Source: a virus
Virus record (IMG/VR): IMGVR_UViG_3300020418_000005
Coordinates: 1 to 64,000 of that record
Length of the DNA stretch: 64,000 nucleotides
Direction: 5' to 3' (one strand)
Made by a program: the position numbers and the translations under genes. Positions 28,201-39,200 of this stretch are shown here, piece after piece (position 1 is the stretch's first letter; every line of letters starts with the position of its first letter). The notes beneath the pieces were generated by a model. It did not search any database. It was not told the origin of the DNA and saw nothing but the letters and a program-made list of their open reading frames with translations.

Positions 28201-31200
28201 TAACAACACCAGTGATACTTGTGTTTGCTTGAATACCAGCAATTCCTTGTAACACATCATGACCAATGAGAACGTCAGAGTTCGTGGTAAATACCATGGA
28301 TGACGATCCAGTATTACACTGTGATGCTAGTTTAGCAAAGTATCTTGTTTCAGCACCCTTAACTGACTGAACTGCTAATGCAAAGTTCTGGTCACCTCTT
28401 AAGAATGTGAATGAGTTTGCAGCACCACCTGATGCTAATCTATCTGTCTCAATAACACCTGATGTAATATCTGATGCAGCAATCTGGTTGGATGATAGAG
28501 ATACCCAGTTATTAACATTGAATGAAGATGTATTAATCGTTCTATTAATATTAACTGTATTTGCACTTGGTGTTGAACTATCATCAACAGTGTCTGTATC
28601 TTCAATCTTGATATTATTAACGATGTTACCATATAATCTACTCTCAATTAAAGGACTACCCTGTGCTTGTGTACCAGCACCTGGAGGAGCAGAGAATGTA
28701 ACAGTAGGTTGTGTGGTATATCCTTTACCACCTTTAAATCCATTGAACTCAACAATAGTAACAGTAACAACCTGACCATTTGCAATCGTACAAGTTGCAG
28801 CTGCTGATACAGCACCAGCTGCAGGGTTACCACCTGAGAAACTAACAGTTGGTGCAACAGTATATCCAGAACCACCATTCGTGATGTTGACTGTGTATAC
28901 AACACCTTGTCTATATTCTGTTGACTGTATACGACCACCAGATATACTACCCTCGAAGATATCTCCAATTGTAAATGCGAGACTGGTATCTACTGCAAAT
29001 CCTAAGAATAAACTTTCTAAGTCATTGTTCAAGATGAATGACTGTGATGTATCCTGTTGGATAGCGATGTCACCAGCAAGTGCACCCTCTAGAGATGTTC
29101 TTTCTGCTTGGTTAGCAACTGTAAATACACTGAATGGTCTTAGAGCAGGAATCTGGTCAATAGATATCTTACCAGAGTCAGTCAATTCAACTAGTGCTCT
29201 AGGAACAGCGTTGGTAGAATATGGTTTGTTGATGTAAGGTCCTAAAGAGTTAGTGATGTAGTCTCTAACCGCTTTCTGTGTAGGTAGTTTAGAGTCACTA
29301 GAGTTAGCACCACCCAATGTGTTAGATGCGTCAAAACCAGTAACAACAACGTCACCACCTTTTAGTTTCAAGAATTCAACTTCAGAGATTGTAACCGTAC
29401 CAGTGAAGGTAATAGCACCAGTTCTGTTTTCAATTCTAGCGAATGTACCAACCTTGAAGTCTCCAAGTTCGTCAGTACCAGAAACATATACACGACCATA
29501 TAATTCAGAAACCTGTTCATATGCCTCAATCTTAGTACCACCGTTCTCAGGTAGTGCTAGGTAGTTAGTACCTGATCCAGCAAATTCCCAAGTGTGTGAT
29601 GAGGAGTTAACGATAGATGGTCTATGTAACTTGATATTTTTACCAAGAAGAACACCAGTAGATACTGGGTTTCCTGTGTTCAGATCAGTAAGATCCATAC
29701 CTTGACCAGTACCATCATCAAATGTTAACTGTGCAGAGAATGGAGGACCTACAGTAACACCAGCAACAACATCAATAAAGTATTCTATATTTGTATTTGT
29801 ATTTCTATATCCGTCAATCTTACCAACATAATGCTCTAGTGGTTCTCTTCCTAATCCACTAACTGTAAGAATTGTTCTACCTGTAGGTGTAGCAGATACG
29901 TTACTGATTATACCTTGGTCAAATTCATAACACTCTGCTCTATATCCAACACCACGGAGAGCATATGTACCGAAGTTTGTAGCAGAGTTAGTAATGGAAC
30001 AATAACCACCTGACTCAGCAAGTACACCATCTTGACAGAAGATAACAAACACAGAAACCAACTGTGTATAACCATCGTTAATAACTTTATATCCAGTACC
30101 ACCAAAGGAGACAATCGTGAATGCAGATGCAACCATCGACTTACCCTGATTAGGGAAGGATGCAGTTCCATCTAGTTCAAGACCAGGAAATGGGCAGTTG
30201 GGTTGTTTAACTTTAGATCCATCAACCAGTGCACCACCACCTCCTAAGAAAGAGATAACAGATGCGTTCTGTGTATATGGAGATGCCTCAATAATTGGGA
30301 AGTCATCAAAGTCACCACGAATTGCTACTCTCCTATTAAATTCATCATATAAGAAACTATCAGGGTATGTAAAGAGTAGTGAAGCATCAAATAAAGTTCC
30401 ATATGTTCTTGGTGTAGAACCAGCAGCAGTTGTACCATCCAACACATCAGTCAATGTGCTCATGATTGTGTTGATAGATGTAGCAACTCCAGCACATAAT
30501 GGTGCAGCTCCTGCAGCGTATACAGATACAGAATTTGCATCCATTCTCTTAAACGTATGAGCAGCAGATGGTTGATGAATTATAGCACCAGTGCTTGCAC
30601 TTACAAATGTGTGAACAGATTGTGGATAATGTTGTATTGCATCAGCAGCTGCTGCTACAAACGTATGATTGGTTGTGTTAGATGATGTACCAACATTGAC
30701 TGTTAAAGTTCCTGTCTGTCTCTTAAGACCATTTGATGTTGCAGTAACGAAAGTATGTGTTCCTCCAAATGCAGTAATACCAACATTAACTTCAAATGTA
30801 TTATTAGTTTTGTTGAAAATTTGTAACCATCTACCACTAGCACGGTCTGTAGCACGTGGATATGTATGGTTGGTTGCATTACCATCTAGAGAACATGTAA
30901 ATGTTAATGAGTCATCATCAAATTTAACATAATCACCATCACTAAATCCATGACCATTACTGGTAACTACCATTACACCAGTGCTAGGTGTATATGTTGC
31001 ATTTGAGACTGTATGCTGTGATTCACTTACAGCAGTAATTGTTCTAGAAGTTCCAGATGCAGGATCAGAAGGTCTTGGATATGAATGGTTTGTAGCATTA
31101 CCATCTTGAGCACATGTGAATACCAATGAATTATCAACAATTACGATACCACGCCCAACTCCTAAACCATGCTGACCAACGGTCAAAATCATGTCACCTG

Positions 31201-34200
31201 TATTAGGATCATATTGTGCGTTTGTTGGAGTTAATAATTTATTAGCACCAGCTGCTCCTACATCAACAGTAATAGTTTCAGCTGATGTTGCTATGATTGG
31301 AATAGATCTTCCAGAAACATAATCAACTGATGCACGAGGATAAGTCTTTTGACTTTGATTACTATCCATCGTACATGTAAATGTAAGTGAATCATCAGCA
31401 ATAACAATTCCTTCATCTATAGTTAAATTATGAGATCCAATAGTTAAAACTAATAGACCAGTTGCAGAATTATAAACAGCGTTTGTTGGAGTAAATGTTT
31501 GGTTTGCTCCTGCTACACCAACATCAACTGTGATTGTAGTTGTAGTTACTGCAGTTACAGGTCTATTATTACCAAATGCTGGTTGTCCTTCTTGTGGATA
31601 ACTATGCTCTGTAACATTATTATCCATCGCACAAGTCATTGTTAATGCATTTTCAGCAATTCTAACTTCATTAGATGTCGTTACGCCATGACCAGAACCA
31701 ACTGTCAATTCTAATTCACCATTTGCTGGATTGTAAGAAGCATTTGTTGGAGATAATATTCCAGATGCAGCACTTGAAGTAGCATCAAGAAGTATATTCC
31801 AATCTTCAAACTTAGGAATAGGTGATGAGAGTTGCGTTGGATTGTAAATTATGATTGTTCCATTAGTTACAGAACCTACGTATGTGTGAGCAACACCAGC
31901 AGCAGGACCTGCATCTCCAACATTACATGTAATTGTTGTTGTAGTTCCGTTACTTACAAGGTTTGATATGTTAAAACTTTTTCCATAGGATGGATCTGTT
32001 TTTGCAGGACCAGGATGGTTTGCTGTTACACCGTTATATGTACATGAGAAATTAAGTGCCTCTTCTTTGAATGCGATTCTATCTCCAATCGAAACTGGAA
32101 TCAAAGGAGCAGGGAATGAAACAGTTAATTCACCTGATGTAGAATTATATGTTGAGTTATTTGGTGTAACCTCTAATACGTTTCCATCAGTCCAGTTACG
32201 CATTGCTGCGATAGCATATACTTTTGCTCTTCCAACAGCATATAAAGTTGGTGCACGTTGTGCTTCTTGAACACCAGTTAATTGTGTTCCTGTAAAGTAT
32301 GATTCAGCAGCAGTTAAAATACCATCATTACCACCTAACACTAAGTCTCTAATTAGACCATCTAATATTTTTCTAACATCTCTACGACATTTTCTTTCTG
32401 ATGTGTCATCAAGATTTAAAAATGGGAAGTAATTTACTGTATCACGTAATGCTTGATCTGCAATAAGAACTTTGTTTCTAGAAATTAGATATGCAGCATC
32501 TAGATATGTTCCACTAGCATTGTTAGCAATGACATCATTCCATAAGAATGCTAGAGTATCAATAGCAGATGTTACATCATTACAAGCATTTCCACTATTG
32601 TTAACACTACCATCTGCATTTAACAAAGCGGTATTTGTAATTACAGTGTCATCAAAGTATCTTGTTAGACTAGAATATTTTGGTGTATAGATTGGTTCTG
32701 TAGGAGTTCCAGTTCCAGTTCTCCAGTTTCTTACGCAATATATTGCTAACTGTCTAGCATATTCAATAGCACGAACATTTTCTATAATTTCATCATCAAT
32801 ATATGTTATCTTACCACCAACAATATACTTCTGAGCACCTTCAATAATGTTATGGTTTGTACCAAATTCTAAGTCTCTTATAAGAGCGTTGATAAAGTGA
32901 ATAACATCTTGCTTACATTGTGTATCACCATCATCTCCTGATGCACTATATGCACTGTATGCAGGATATATTTTATTACCAGCACTACAGGATAGAGTCA
33001 TTCCCTCTAGTTTTATGACATCATCTTCTGCTAATCCTGCTATGGGTGACGCAGTTGTAACAGTAGCATTACCTGTAACGATATTATCGTAAACAAAATT
33101 AGTTACATTAACAGTGGTTCCACCAAATGTTACTGTACCACCAGAAACATATGTGTGTTCTTGTCCAGTAAGTCCAACAAATATTTTAAATGTACTTCCA
33201 GAAATATCATAAACAGAATAATGGAATCTTGCAAACTGATTATTAACCTCACCAAGAACTTCCTCAGCAATAAACTCTCTGTTGTTACGAAGGAATGTAC
33301 AAGCGTCTTGGAATCTTCTTTCTACAGGAGTAGATAGCGGGAAACTGTTTGGAGAGTTTAGAAGTGAAAGTGTAATAGACTTTGAAAAAGTTTTTACAAC
33401 AGCAAATTGACCAGGATCTAGATTACCATCTGTGATCGCTGGCATCTTTTTAGGAATTACAAATCGTCTGCAACGACCATCAGCATCTTCAATTACTTTG
33501 TAAATTCTTTGCTTACCATTTAATACTGATAAATCAGGACTAGAAGTTGGTAGTCCTTCAATTAAAATTTCTTGACCTTCTTTAAACTCGTGAGTGTTAT
33601 TTCTACCAACCAATGCGTTTGTATAGAATACAATACCACCTAAATCTTCTGCATTACCAAACTGTGCATTTTGAAAACCACCTTGAGCAATACTAGGATC
33701 ACCTTGTAATGAGAAATCAATTCTAGAAATAGGTAATGATGAAACGTAATCTTCGTCAACAGATACAACTTCACCCTCAGCTCTAATTGATTTAAGAGAA
33801 TTTGTATTTAAAGTATTGACTGTAGCATTTCCTGTAAAGGTTTCTATTTGTGCTGTGAATGCATTGTTCCAACCAGTAGCACCTAGAAGAGGTACAAATG
33901 TTACTTCCCATGCTGTAGGAGTGTTGACATCATTAGGTTCAATTAAAGCAACTTCGTAATATCCAGTTGATGCAGTAAATGCTGGATTACCAGCGTCGGA
34001 AAGATATACATATGTTCCTGTAGGAATTGCACTTGTAGGATCTTGAGTATATGTAATTTTATTAGCAGCTGTTGTACCTGATGTTGTCAATGATTGTTGA
34101 GCACCAGTCGTAATTGAAACTACGTAATTAAATTGTTCACCTTCTACAAAAGAACCACTGACTAATTTAACATCAATAGTACCAGAGACATATGCACTAG

Positions 34201-35647
34201 CACCAGTTGTTTGAGCAAAATTAACAGCAATAATATCTGCCCTTGCACCAGTGTTAACACCAACAACTTGTAAACCAGTAGCTAAATTTGCTAAACCAGT
34301 GTTATCTTGGAAACCAACACGGAACTGTTGAGGTCCGAATATCTGATGACCTATAGGCCAAGATGTTCCAGCATCTCCATTTGCTTCTTTATCAATTATG
34401 ACTCTTTGCTTATCGTCAAAGACCATAGCAAAGTCCCAAGTAGCAACAGGGTCACCGTTAGAGTCAATCTTATCTCTATAGGTAACACCAATCACATAGT
34501 TCTTATCACCAAACTTAAATATATGTTTCTGTGGGTTAGCAGGACGAATGATAACCAAACGTAAGTTATCTCCAACAACTGATGCATCAGGAGGTAGTGA
34601 TATTGGGTTATCTTCTACATAGTCACCACCAGATACAATAATAGTTTCTTTAACGCCAGGTGTTGCCCATGCTAATTGTGCAGCTTTTTTAATACTTCTA
34701 ACTGGGTTTACAGCAGATCGACCATCGTTAAGGTCAGAACCAATCTGTTGTGAAACGTAAATACGACCACCAACGTCATTCGTTGCTAAGTTAAGGACGT
34801 ATTCTGTAGTTGCAATCTTGTCTGATCTGTCACCTAATAGAGGTGTAATAGATCTTGGAAACTCTCCTGCAGGTCCTGTCTCACTATATCCAAATGCATT
34901 AGTATCTACAACACGGAAACCAATATGTTTGAACTGTACTTCACCATTTAATGCAATACCATCTGTATGTACAGGAGCATCAGAACCTGTCTGTCCAGAG
35001 TTTAATGCTTGGTATACGTTTGCTCCAAAATATCTGTAAGCATTTGTCTGTAGAATAATATTTGGAGACCAAAGAGTACCAGAGTTATTAACAAATGTTT
35101 TTAAAGATGGTGCTCTAAATGCTGCGTTAGGAGTAACAAAATTGTCAATATCAAGGTTTAGGATTCTCGCAGTATCTGAGATGATAGAAGTTGAGGTTCT
35201 AATCGCACCGTTAATGTCAAGTTCAAAGTCTACAGTATCAAGAACTGCTGTTGCAGCAGCACCAACACCACCACCGCCTGATAAAGTAACAAGAGGTGCT
35301 TGTGTATATCCACTGCCTGGTTCGTTAACAGCAACAGAAACAACTTGTCCGTTAAAGATAAAGGCAGAACCTTGTGCTTGTACACCTCCACCTGGTGGTG
35401 CAGCAATTGTTACAGTTGGTGGTGATATGTATCCAGAACCACCAGCATCTATCTGAACGTCATTAACTCTCTGACCCGTTCTGTTGATACCAACACGTGG
35501 CAATCCTGTACTAGCGTCTAACTGCGTTCTTAGTATTTCTTTTTCATCAGAACCAGTCCCGCCTCTAACGGTAAGTTCATTGTCGCCGATAAGTTTCGGG
35601 TTGACGCCCCTAAACTTTTCTTTATCGGAATTAATATGAATTGCCAT
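25274..35647 (-). CDS. Giant tail fibre protein (3457 aa)
   Basis: GGSGY repeats, a pectin-lyase-like beta-helix segment, DADLLDG/DADKLD and RVGIN fibre motifs, and a C-terminal SAGPITI..TVTI..W.IV motif. Confidence 0.85.
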   Translation of the reverse strand: MAIHINSDKEKFRGVNPKLIGDNELTVRGGTGSDEKEILRTQLDASTGLPRVGINRTGQRVNDVQIDAGGSGYISPPTVTIAAPPGGGVQAQGSAFIFNGQVVSVAVNEPGSGYTQAPLVTLSGGGGVGAAATAVLDTVDFELDINGAIRTSTSIISDTARILNLDIDNFVTPNAAFRAPSLKTFVNNSGTLWSPNIILQTNAYRYFGANVYQALNSGQTGSDAPVHTDGIALNGEVQFKHIGFRVVDTNAFGYSETGPAGEFPRSITPLLGDRSDKIATTEYVLNLATNDVGGRIYVSQQIGSDLNDGRSAVNPVRSIKKAAQLAWATPGVKETIIVSGGDYVEDNPISLPPDASVVGDNLRLVIIRPANPQKHIFKFGDKNYVIGVTYRDKIDSNGDPVATWDFAMVFDDKQRVIIDKEANGDAGTSWPIGHQIFGPQQFRVGFQDNTGLANLATGLQVVGVNTGARADIIAVNFAQTTGASAYVSGTIDVKLVSGSFVEGEQFNYVVSITTGAQQSLTTSGTTAANKITYTQDPTSAIPTGTYVYLSDAGNPAFTASTGYYEVALIEPNDVNTPTAWEVTFVPLLGATGWNNAFTAQIETFTGNATVNTLNTNSLKSIRAEGEVVSVDEDYVSSLPISRIDFSLQGDPSIAQGGFQNAQFGNAEDLGGIVFYTNALVGRNNTHEFKEGQEILIEGLPTSSPDLSVLNGKQRIYKVIEDADGRCRRFVIPKKMPAITDGNLDPGQFAVVKTFSKSITLSLLNSPNSFPLSTPVERRFQDACTFLRNNREFIAEEVLGEVNNQFARFHYSVYDISGSTFKIFVGLTGQEHTYVSGGTVTFGGTTVNVTNFVYDNIVTGNATVTTASPIAGLAEDDVIKLEGMTLSCSAGNKIYPAYSAYSASGDDGDTQCKQDVIHFINALIRDLEFGTNHNIIEGAQKYIVGGKITYIDDEIIENVRAIEYARQLAIYCVRNWRTGTGTPTEPIYTPKYSSLTRYFDDTVITNTALLNADGSVNNSGNACNDVTSAIDTLAFLWNDVIANNASGTYLDAAYLISRNKVLIADQALRDTVNYFPFLNLDDTSERKCRRDVRKILDGLIRDLVLGGNDGILTAAESYFTGTQLTGVQEAQRAPTLYAVGRAKVYAIAAMRNWTDGNVLEVTPNNSTYNSTSGELTVSFPAPLIPVSIGDRIAFKEEALNFSCTYNGVTANHPGPAKTDPSYGKSFNISNLVSNGTTTTITCNVGDAGPAAGVAHTYVGSVTNGTIIIYNPTQLSSPIPKFEDWNILLDATSSAASGILSPTNASYNPANGELELTVGSGHGVTTSNEVRIAENALTMTCAMDNNVTEHSYPQEGQPAFGNNRPVTAVTTTTITVDVGVAGANQTFTPTNAVYNSATGLLVLTIGSHNLTIDEGIVIADDSLTFTCTMDSNQSQKTYPRASVDYVSGRSIPIIATSAETITVDVGAAGANKLLTPTNAQYDPNTGDMILTVGQHGLGVGRGIVIVDNSLVFTCAQDGNATNHSYPRPSDPASGTSRTITAVSESQHTVSNATYTPSTGVMVVTSNGHGFSDGDYVKFDDDSLTFTCSLDGNATNHTYPRATDRASGRWLQIFNKTNNTFEVNVGITAFGGTHTFVTATSNGLKRQTGTLTVNVGTSSNTTNHTFVAAAADAIQHYPQSVHTFVSASTGAIIHQPSAAHTFKRMDANSVSVYAAGAAPLCAGVATSINTIMSTLTDVLDGTTAAGSTPRTYGTLFDASLLFTYPDSFLYDEFNRRVAIRGDFDDFPIIEASPYTQNASVISFLGGGGALVDGSKVKQPNCPFPGLELDGTASFPNQGKSMVASAFTIVSFGGTGYKVINDGYTQLVSVFVIFCQDGVLAESGGYCSITNSATNFGTYALRGVGYRAECYEFDQGIISNVSATPTGRTILTVSGLGREPLEHYVGKIDGYRNTNTNIEYFIDVVAGVTVGPPFSAQLTFDDGTGQGMDLTDLNTGNPVSTGVLLGKNIKLHRPSIVNSSSHTWEFAGSGTNYLALPENGGTKIEAYEQVSELYGRVYVSGTDELGDFKVGTFARIENRTGAITFTGTVTISEVEFLKLKGGDVVVTGFDASNTLGGANSSDSKLPTQKAVRDYITNSLGPYINKPYSTNAVPRALVELTDSGKISIDQIPALRPFSVFTVANQAERTSLEGALAGDIAIQQDTSQSFILNNDLESLFLGFAVDTSLAFTIGDIFEGSISGGRIQSTEYRQGVVYTVNITNGGSGYTVAPTVSFSGGNPAAGAVSAAATCTIANGQVVTVTIVEFNGFKGGKGYTTQPTVTFSAPPGAGTQAQGSPLIESRLYGNIVNNIKIEDTDTVDDSSTPSANTVNINRTINTSSFNVNNWVSLSSNQIAASDITSGVIETDRLASGGAANSFTFLRGDQNFALAVQSVKGAETRYFAKLASQCNTGSSSMVFTTNSDVLIGHDVLQGIAGIQANTSITGVVTAAGLTTIALNNPVTQNIPLGTIIEFERGESPMTFESTFTQGGFVDDVIIANGGSGFTNGQYFDQPLQGGTGTGLKANIVVSGNTVTELTVTDGGTGYNADFSITVAPSSIGGGSSLVLNAKVSTVNRQYANVSLDINRVTDLTISADLYGTIGVSRYKKSQFNIGQAGNGSVELKTGPDSGLDADLLDGQQGNYYTNANHLFAGQVPQDRLGGIYGIDISGSSANTIRLQTGTNNPTSNPNPNSFVEGVISNTVFNSSNGLGTAYPSVNTGIGTGTSTKHLVLTIRNGASGFDASFGGVRQLAFANDDNMYLRGSGNGVSTWNSWAKVWTSLSDGVDSGMDADKLDNRQGAWYQNALNINYGTLSDNRLPRFISETKFRDKVTIKAFAGDPKFRIYVSGQILNTAPFIPGDPNNPSVNLYNANAQGVGSFVIDNVITNDDVNDNFNDFTILIGRLTSGNFAGALTVGTASNRVEFDDFTIEDGNTLEVCNLHSDGGVGQLQLGRKDGNATTPRILFNSSQLAASYNAKIEASGGNASAGSGSLNVDVVNADGFTIKNQVVWNQGNIQFSSSNTPNYAVQRDGSGNFSAGTITANLVGSASLNVLKTGDTMTGSLNITGGTSGLTVAGITNLNNFTNVNNDLNVSGALFVDVSAYEVGINTTNPASTLHVQGNDGILIRTSSNGVGAKIKFSDHQGGYTQQGTFQYKHQDGSISGTPWNDGWELFGSEALTGFKVFGDIVAERRLGVNNNNPSYTLDVGGNARFTTGAYIDSANDNSGAPIYFLGSNSQRNFRIGNQIGHNNAFEITPSTNNGGQNWDSTPAIYVRGDRRVAINTSAISGVDSESNTTRSYYLNVQGDMNINGQLFQNNSEFVTSRWTEASNNLDIYRLSRVGINRTNPTYQLHISGDTNIENGFLYANGVKQWIDSYGIFKSNSNTVAENITIPANINCVSAGPITIANGYTVTINSGGNWAIV
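30520..32175 (-). repeat. Five copies of a ~100-aa beta domain (TPTNAxY...FTCxxD...YP...TVxVG...HTFV) within the fibre
   Basis: Repeats are visible in the translation; the DNA sequences are diverged. Confidence 0.85.
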
Positions 35648-35687
35648 GTCGCAGTTTAACTCCCAGAACCTGTATTATCCTCAGTTA

Positions 35688-35694
35688 TATTTAG
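35688..35694 (-). promoter_or_regulatory. Late promoter CTAAATA upstream of the giant fibre
   Basis: Intergenic; a GGGAG Shine-Dalgarno-like sequence lies downstream. Confidence 0.65.
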
Positions 35695-35699
35695 CATCA

Positions 35700-36200
35700 T
35701 CAAACCCAAGCTAGACTAGTAACTCTGGTAGATGCTGCCCATTTAATTGTGGCAGTAGTACCAGCTCTAACTGTTGAATATGAAAATCTATTTGCAGCAC
35801 CTACGGGAACGATAGACCAAGTTTGACCTGAGGGAATGTCATCTTTAATCACAGTCTCCATTGTAGACATGACAGAAACGTTGCCACTACCATCGCAATA
35901 GACTGCAGACTCTAGTTTGTTAGTAAAAACAACTCCAGAATCATTAACTGCAATAATGTGACCAGTCACAAAATTCATAGTATTATTAGCAATAGGAATT
36001 TGAGTTCCTACACTATCCAATGCTAGAGATGCAGTATTAACACCTCTCAAAATATATGTTGTTGTATTGCTATCTGAGTATTGTGAATTTTTAATTTCAA
36101 GTGTGTTGAAATCTTTACCATTCCTAAGTTCATCAATAACTGCGGTTCTAGCAATAGAAAAACCACCAGTTGAATCAAACTTGTCTATAGTAGTTGCCAT
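35700..36200 (-). CDS. Putative virion structural protein (166 aa)
   Basis: Beta-rich composition; lies between structural genes. Confidence 0.7.
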   Translation of the reverse strand: MATTIDKFDSTGGFSIARTAVIDELRNGKDFNTLEIKNSQYSDSNTTTYILRGVNTASLALDSVGTQIPIANNTMNFVTGHIIAVNDSGVVFTNKLESAVYCDGSGNVSVMSTMETVIKDDIPSGQTWSIVPVGAANRFSYSTVRAGTTATIKWAASTRVTSLAWV

Positions 36201-36202
36201 TT

Positions 36203-39200
36203 TTATTTCTTAGTGATTGTTGATGAGAAGGTAATCTTCACTGAGTTAGTAGCAGGAACGTTTGCTCCTAACACTATATTTAACCTTGCTTCATTACCAG
36301 CGGTAAATTCAAACGAAGGAACAATGAGTTGATAATCTGTTCTCAAGTTACCATACTCAGTATGGAATACATCTGTGCCATCATCTGTGACACCAAATTC
36401 AATGAACTCTTTTTCACCATCTTGTAAGTTTTCTGCAACAACAACTACCTTCGCTCCTTTCGCAGTTGCAACTTCATATATGTTAGATCCACCATTGTTT
36501 GATGATCCCTTAGTTAATGTTATTGTCTCAGATAAGATTTTAACATCAGCAAGTTCAAACTCTTTTAGATCTCCATCAAAAACTTTAACACCATTATAAT
36601 TACCAGTTCCAAAACCAGTATTCAAATACACATCACCTTGATCATCTAATCTAAGAATAGGATCTACATAAACACCTGTAGAAACACCAAGATCAAAATA
36701 CTGTTTTGAAGTATGTAGGAATGTGCTTAGTGTATTTGTATTATCAAATGTAGTTTCTGCATTATTAAATGTCATCAAGTTTGCAGTAATCTCAAACTGT
36801 TGACTTGTCAGAGATCTAATTGTATCTACTGAATAGAAATCAAGTGCAGTTGTTGTTAACTGCATTGTATTACTTCCATCATTGTAGAAATACAAGGTGT
36901 TCTCATTTGCACCAGGTGCAGTCTCAGGAATTATATAAGTGTTTTGATCAACGTCTTTTACTCCACCAAGTGAACCCCAGTTAGTTCCATCATAACCTTC
37001 GTAAGTTAGAGTTGTAGTATTATATCTGATAGATCCTTGCTCAGCTGTTCCTCTCTCAGCAGTAGTTCCATTTGGAATTACAAGAGATGTTGGAGCATCA
37101 ACAATAACTCTCTTACCAGAGTTAGGTCTAAGTAACAGATCACTGATGTCTGTATTAATTACATTGTCAAATAATCTTAAATCGCCATTAATACTTAATG
37201 GAAGATCTCCTAGAGGTCCTATTCTTAACTCCTCAATATCTTCAAATGTTAGAGGAGCAACCGCTAATTGTGAATATGTAAGTTCTGCAGAACCATTTTG
37301 TAATGCACCAGATGTGTGAACTGGTTCATTACCACTTGTAGCGGTAGTACCAGCACCTGTTACTTCATATAAGTTATTTTTGTACTTAACATATTGACCT
37401 AAAGTTACAGGAGTATTCGCATTCCAATCAACATATGCAGGAGCAGATACGTTCACAGAACGCATCTTCTTCATGTTTACAAATTCTAAATGATTTGGTG
37501 TAACTCTAATTGTATTAATATTATCATTAATAAACCATAGAGTATTATCATTAGCACCAACAGTTTCCTCTGCTAAGATTGTAGTATTTCCATCTAAGTC
37601 TCTTACACCACCTAGAGATGACCATGATAAAGAGTTAGTACTATATCCTTCATACTGATTCGTATCTGTGTTATATCTGATACAACCATCTTTTACAATA
37701 CCAGCAGTAGGTCTCTCTGCTGTATTACCAACAGGAATAGCAATAGCAGTGTTGGTTAAGACATCAGCAATTCTTCCTGTATCAGGAACAACTAGAACAT
37801 CATATCCACCAAGAGATGATAGACTATTGTTAGAACTTAATAATTTAAGATAATCACCAACAGCAACAGCATCACCTTTTATTTCTCCAGTACCTGTAAT
37901 GTTACCACTCGTTGCTGAAATTTGAATTGTAGATCCTATATTAAGACCAGCAGCATCAACGACAAGACTATTTGTTAATGGATCTGTAACCGCAAGAGAT
38001 AGGTTTTCATTTGAAGCCGCAGTAATAGAACTTGTTACAGTAGCAGCAAGAGTTGCAGTCGCACTGACAGTTGCATTTGCAATGAGGGCAGCAGTTATAT
38101 CTGCATCTGGTGATACTAATTTTTGTACACTAAATTCACCATCATCTACTTTACCTTTTACAACTTCTTCTACAACAACATCAGTAACTGTTATCTCTAG
38201 ACCACTACCAAATGTCTTAGGGTTGTTTGTGCTGACAGTCATCACTGCCTCATCACCATCATCACCACCCTCGTTAATATGATCTGCGTTTTCTGTAGCA
38301 CAGAAATAGTAAAGATTAGGTGTGTCGTCAGCGATCTTAATTGTATGATTTGTTCCGTCTACAGTTACACCATTTGTGTATGTTGCACCAAAGAAATTAA
38401 ATACGACTGCTCCAGCAGTAGTTGGGTTTGCACTTAACGTAAGTGTGGTTCCGTTGACGACTGATAGTACAGTTGTACCATCAGGAATAATACCATCTCC
38501 AGATACTTTCTCAACAGCAAATCCTGCTTGAATACCAGTTGTCGAAGCGACTGTAATAGTTGGTGTATTAGCACTTAATGTTGTACTTACATTTTCAACT
38601 CTACTAGGTGCCCATCTACCATCAGGGAATTGAGATAAAGCAAATACATGACTACCATTTGAGTTATCACTTAAATCAAACGTATAACTGTTACCAGCAT
38701 ACACTGTCCAAGAAGGAGTCATTACTGCTCCGTTACCATCGTTAAGATCTATAAAGTAACGATATTCAGTAACAGCAGTATTAATATTATATGCTACTGT
38801 TGGGGCAGAGTCTTTTACAAGAGTAAATCCATCTTGAAAACCAAATGTATCACAAACAATATATGAAATATTATTGTTGGCATTGGTTTTAACTTTTTGA
38901 ACTTTAACTGGAGTACCAGCAGAAGTAATTGATGAAATTGTTAGCGTAATGTTATCAGCAGGAGTTGCTCCACCAACAGATGCACCTGGTAGTGTAACTG
39001 TATCATTCACTGCATAGAAGTAACCTTCAGATCCTGTGGTAACAGTTGCAGATAACACATCACCCACAGCGTCTCTAGTAACATCAAACGTTGCACTACT
39101 ACCATTTCCAGATGTTTGACTAGGTGCTACTGCAGTATATGTTTGGTTTGCACCACCAGCTACAGTTGTTGATGATGCAATCGTGCTTGCAAGTATTCCA

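Noticed and set aside
22839-35647. Diversity-generating retroelement or invertible tail-fibre cassette
   Set aside because: No reverse transcriptase or recombinase, and no near-identical template/variable or inverted repeats were found by eye. A self dot-plot would be decisive.
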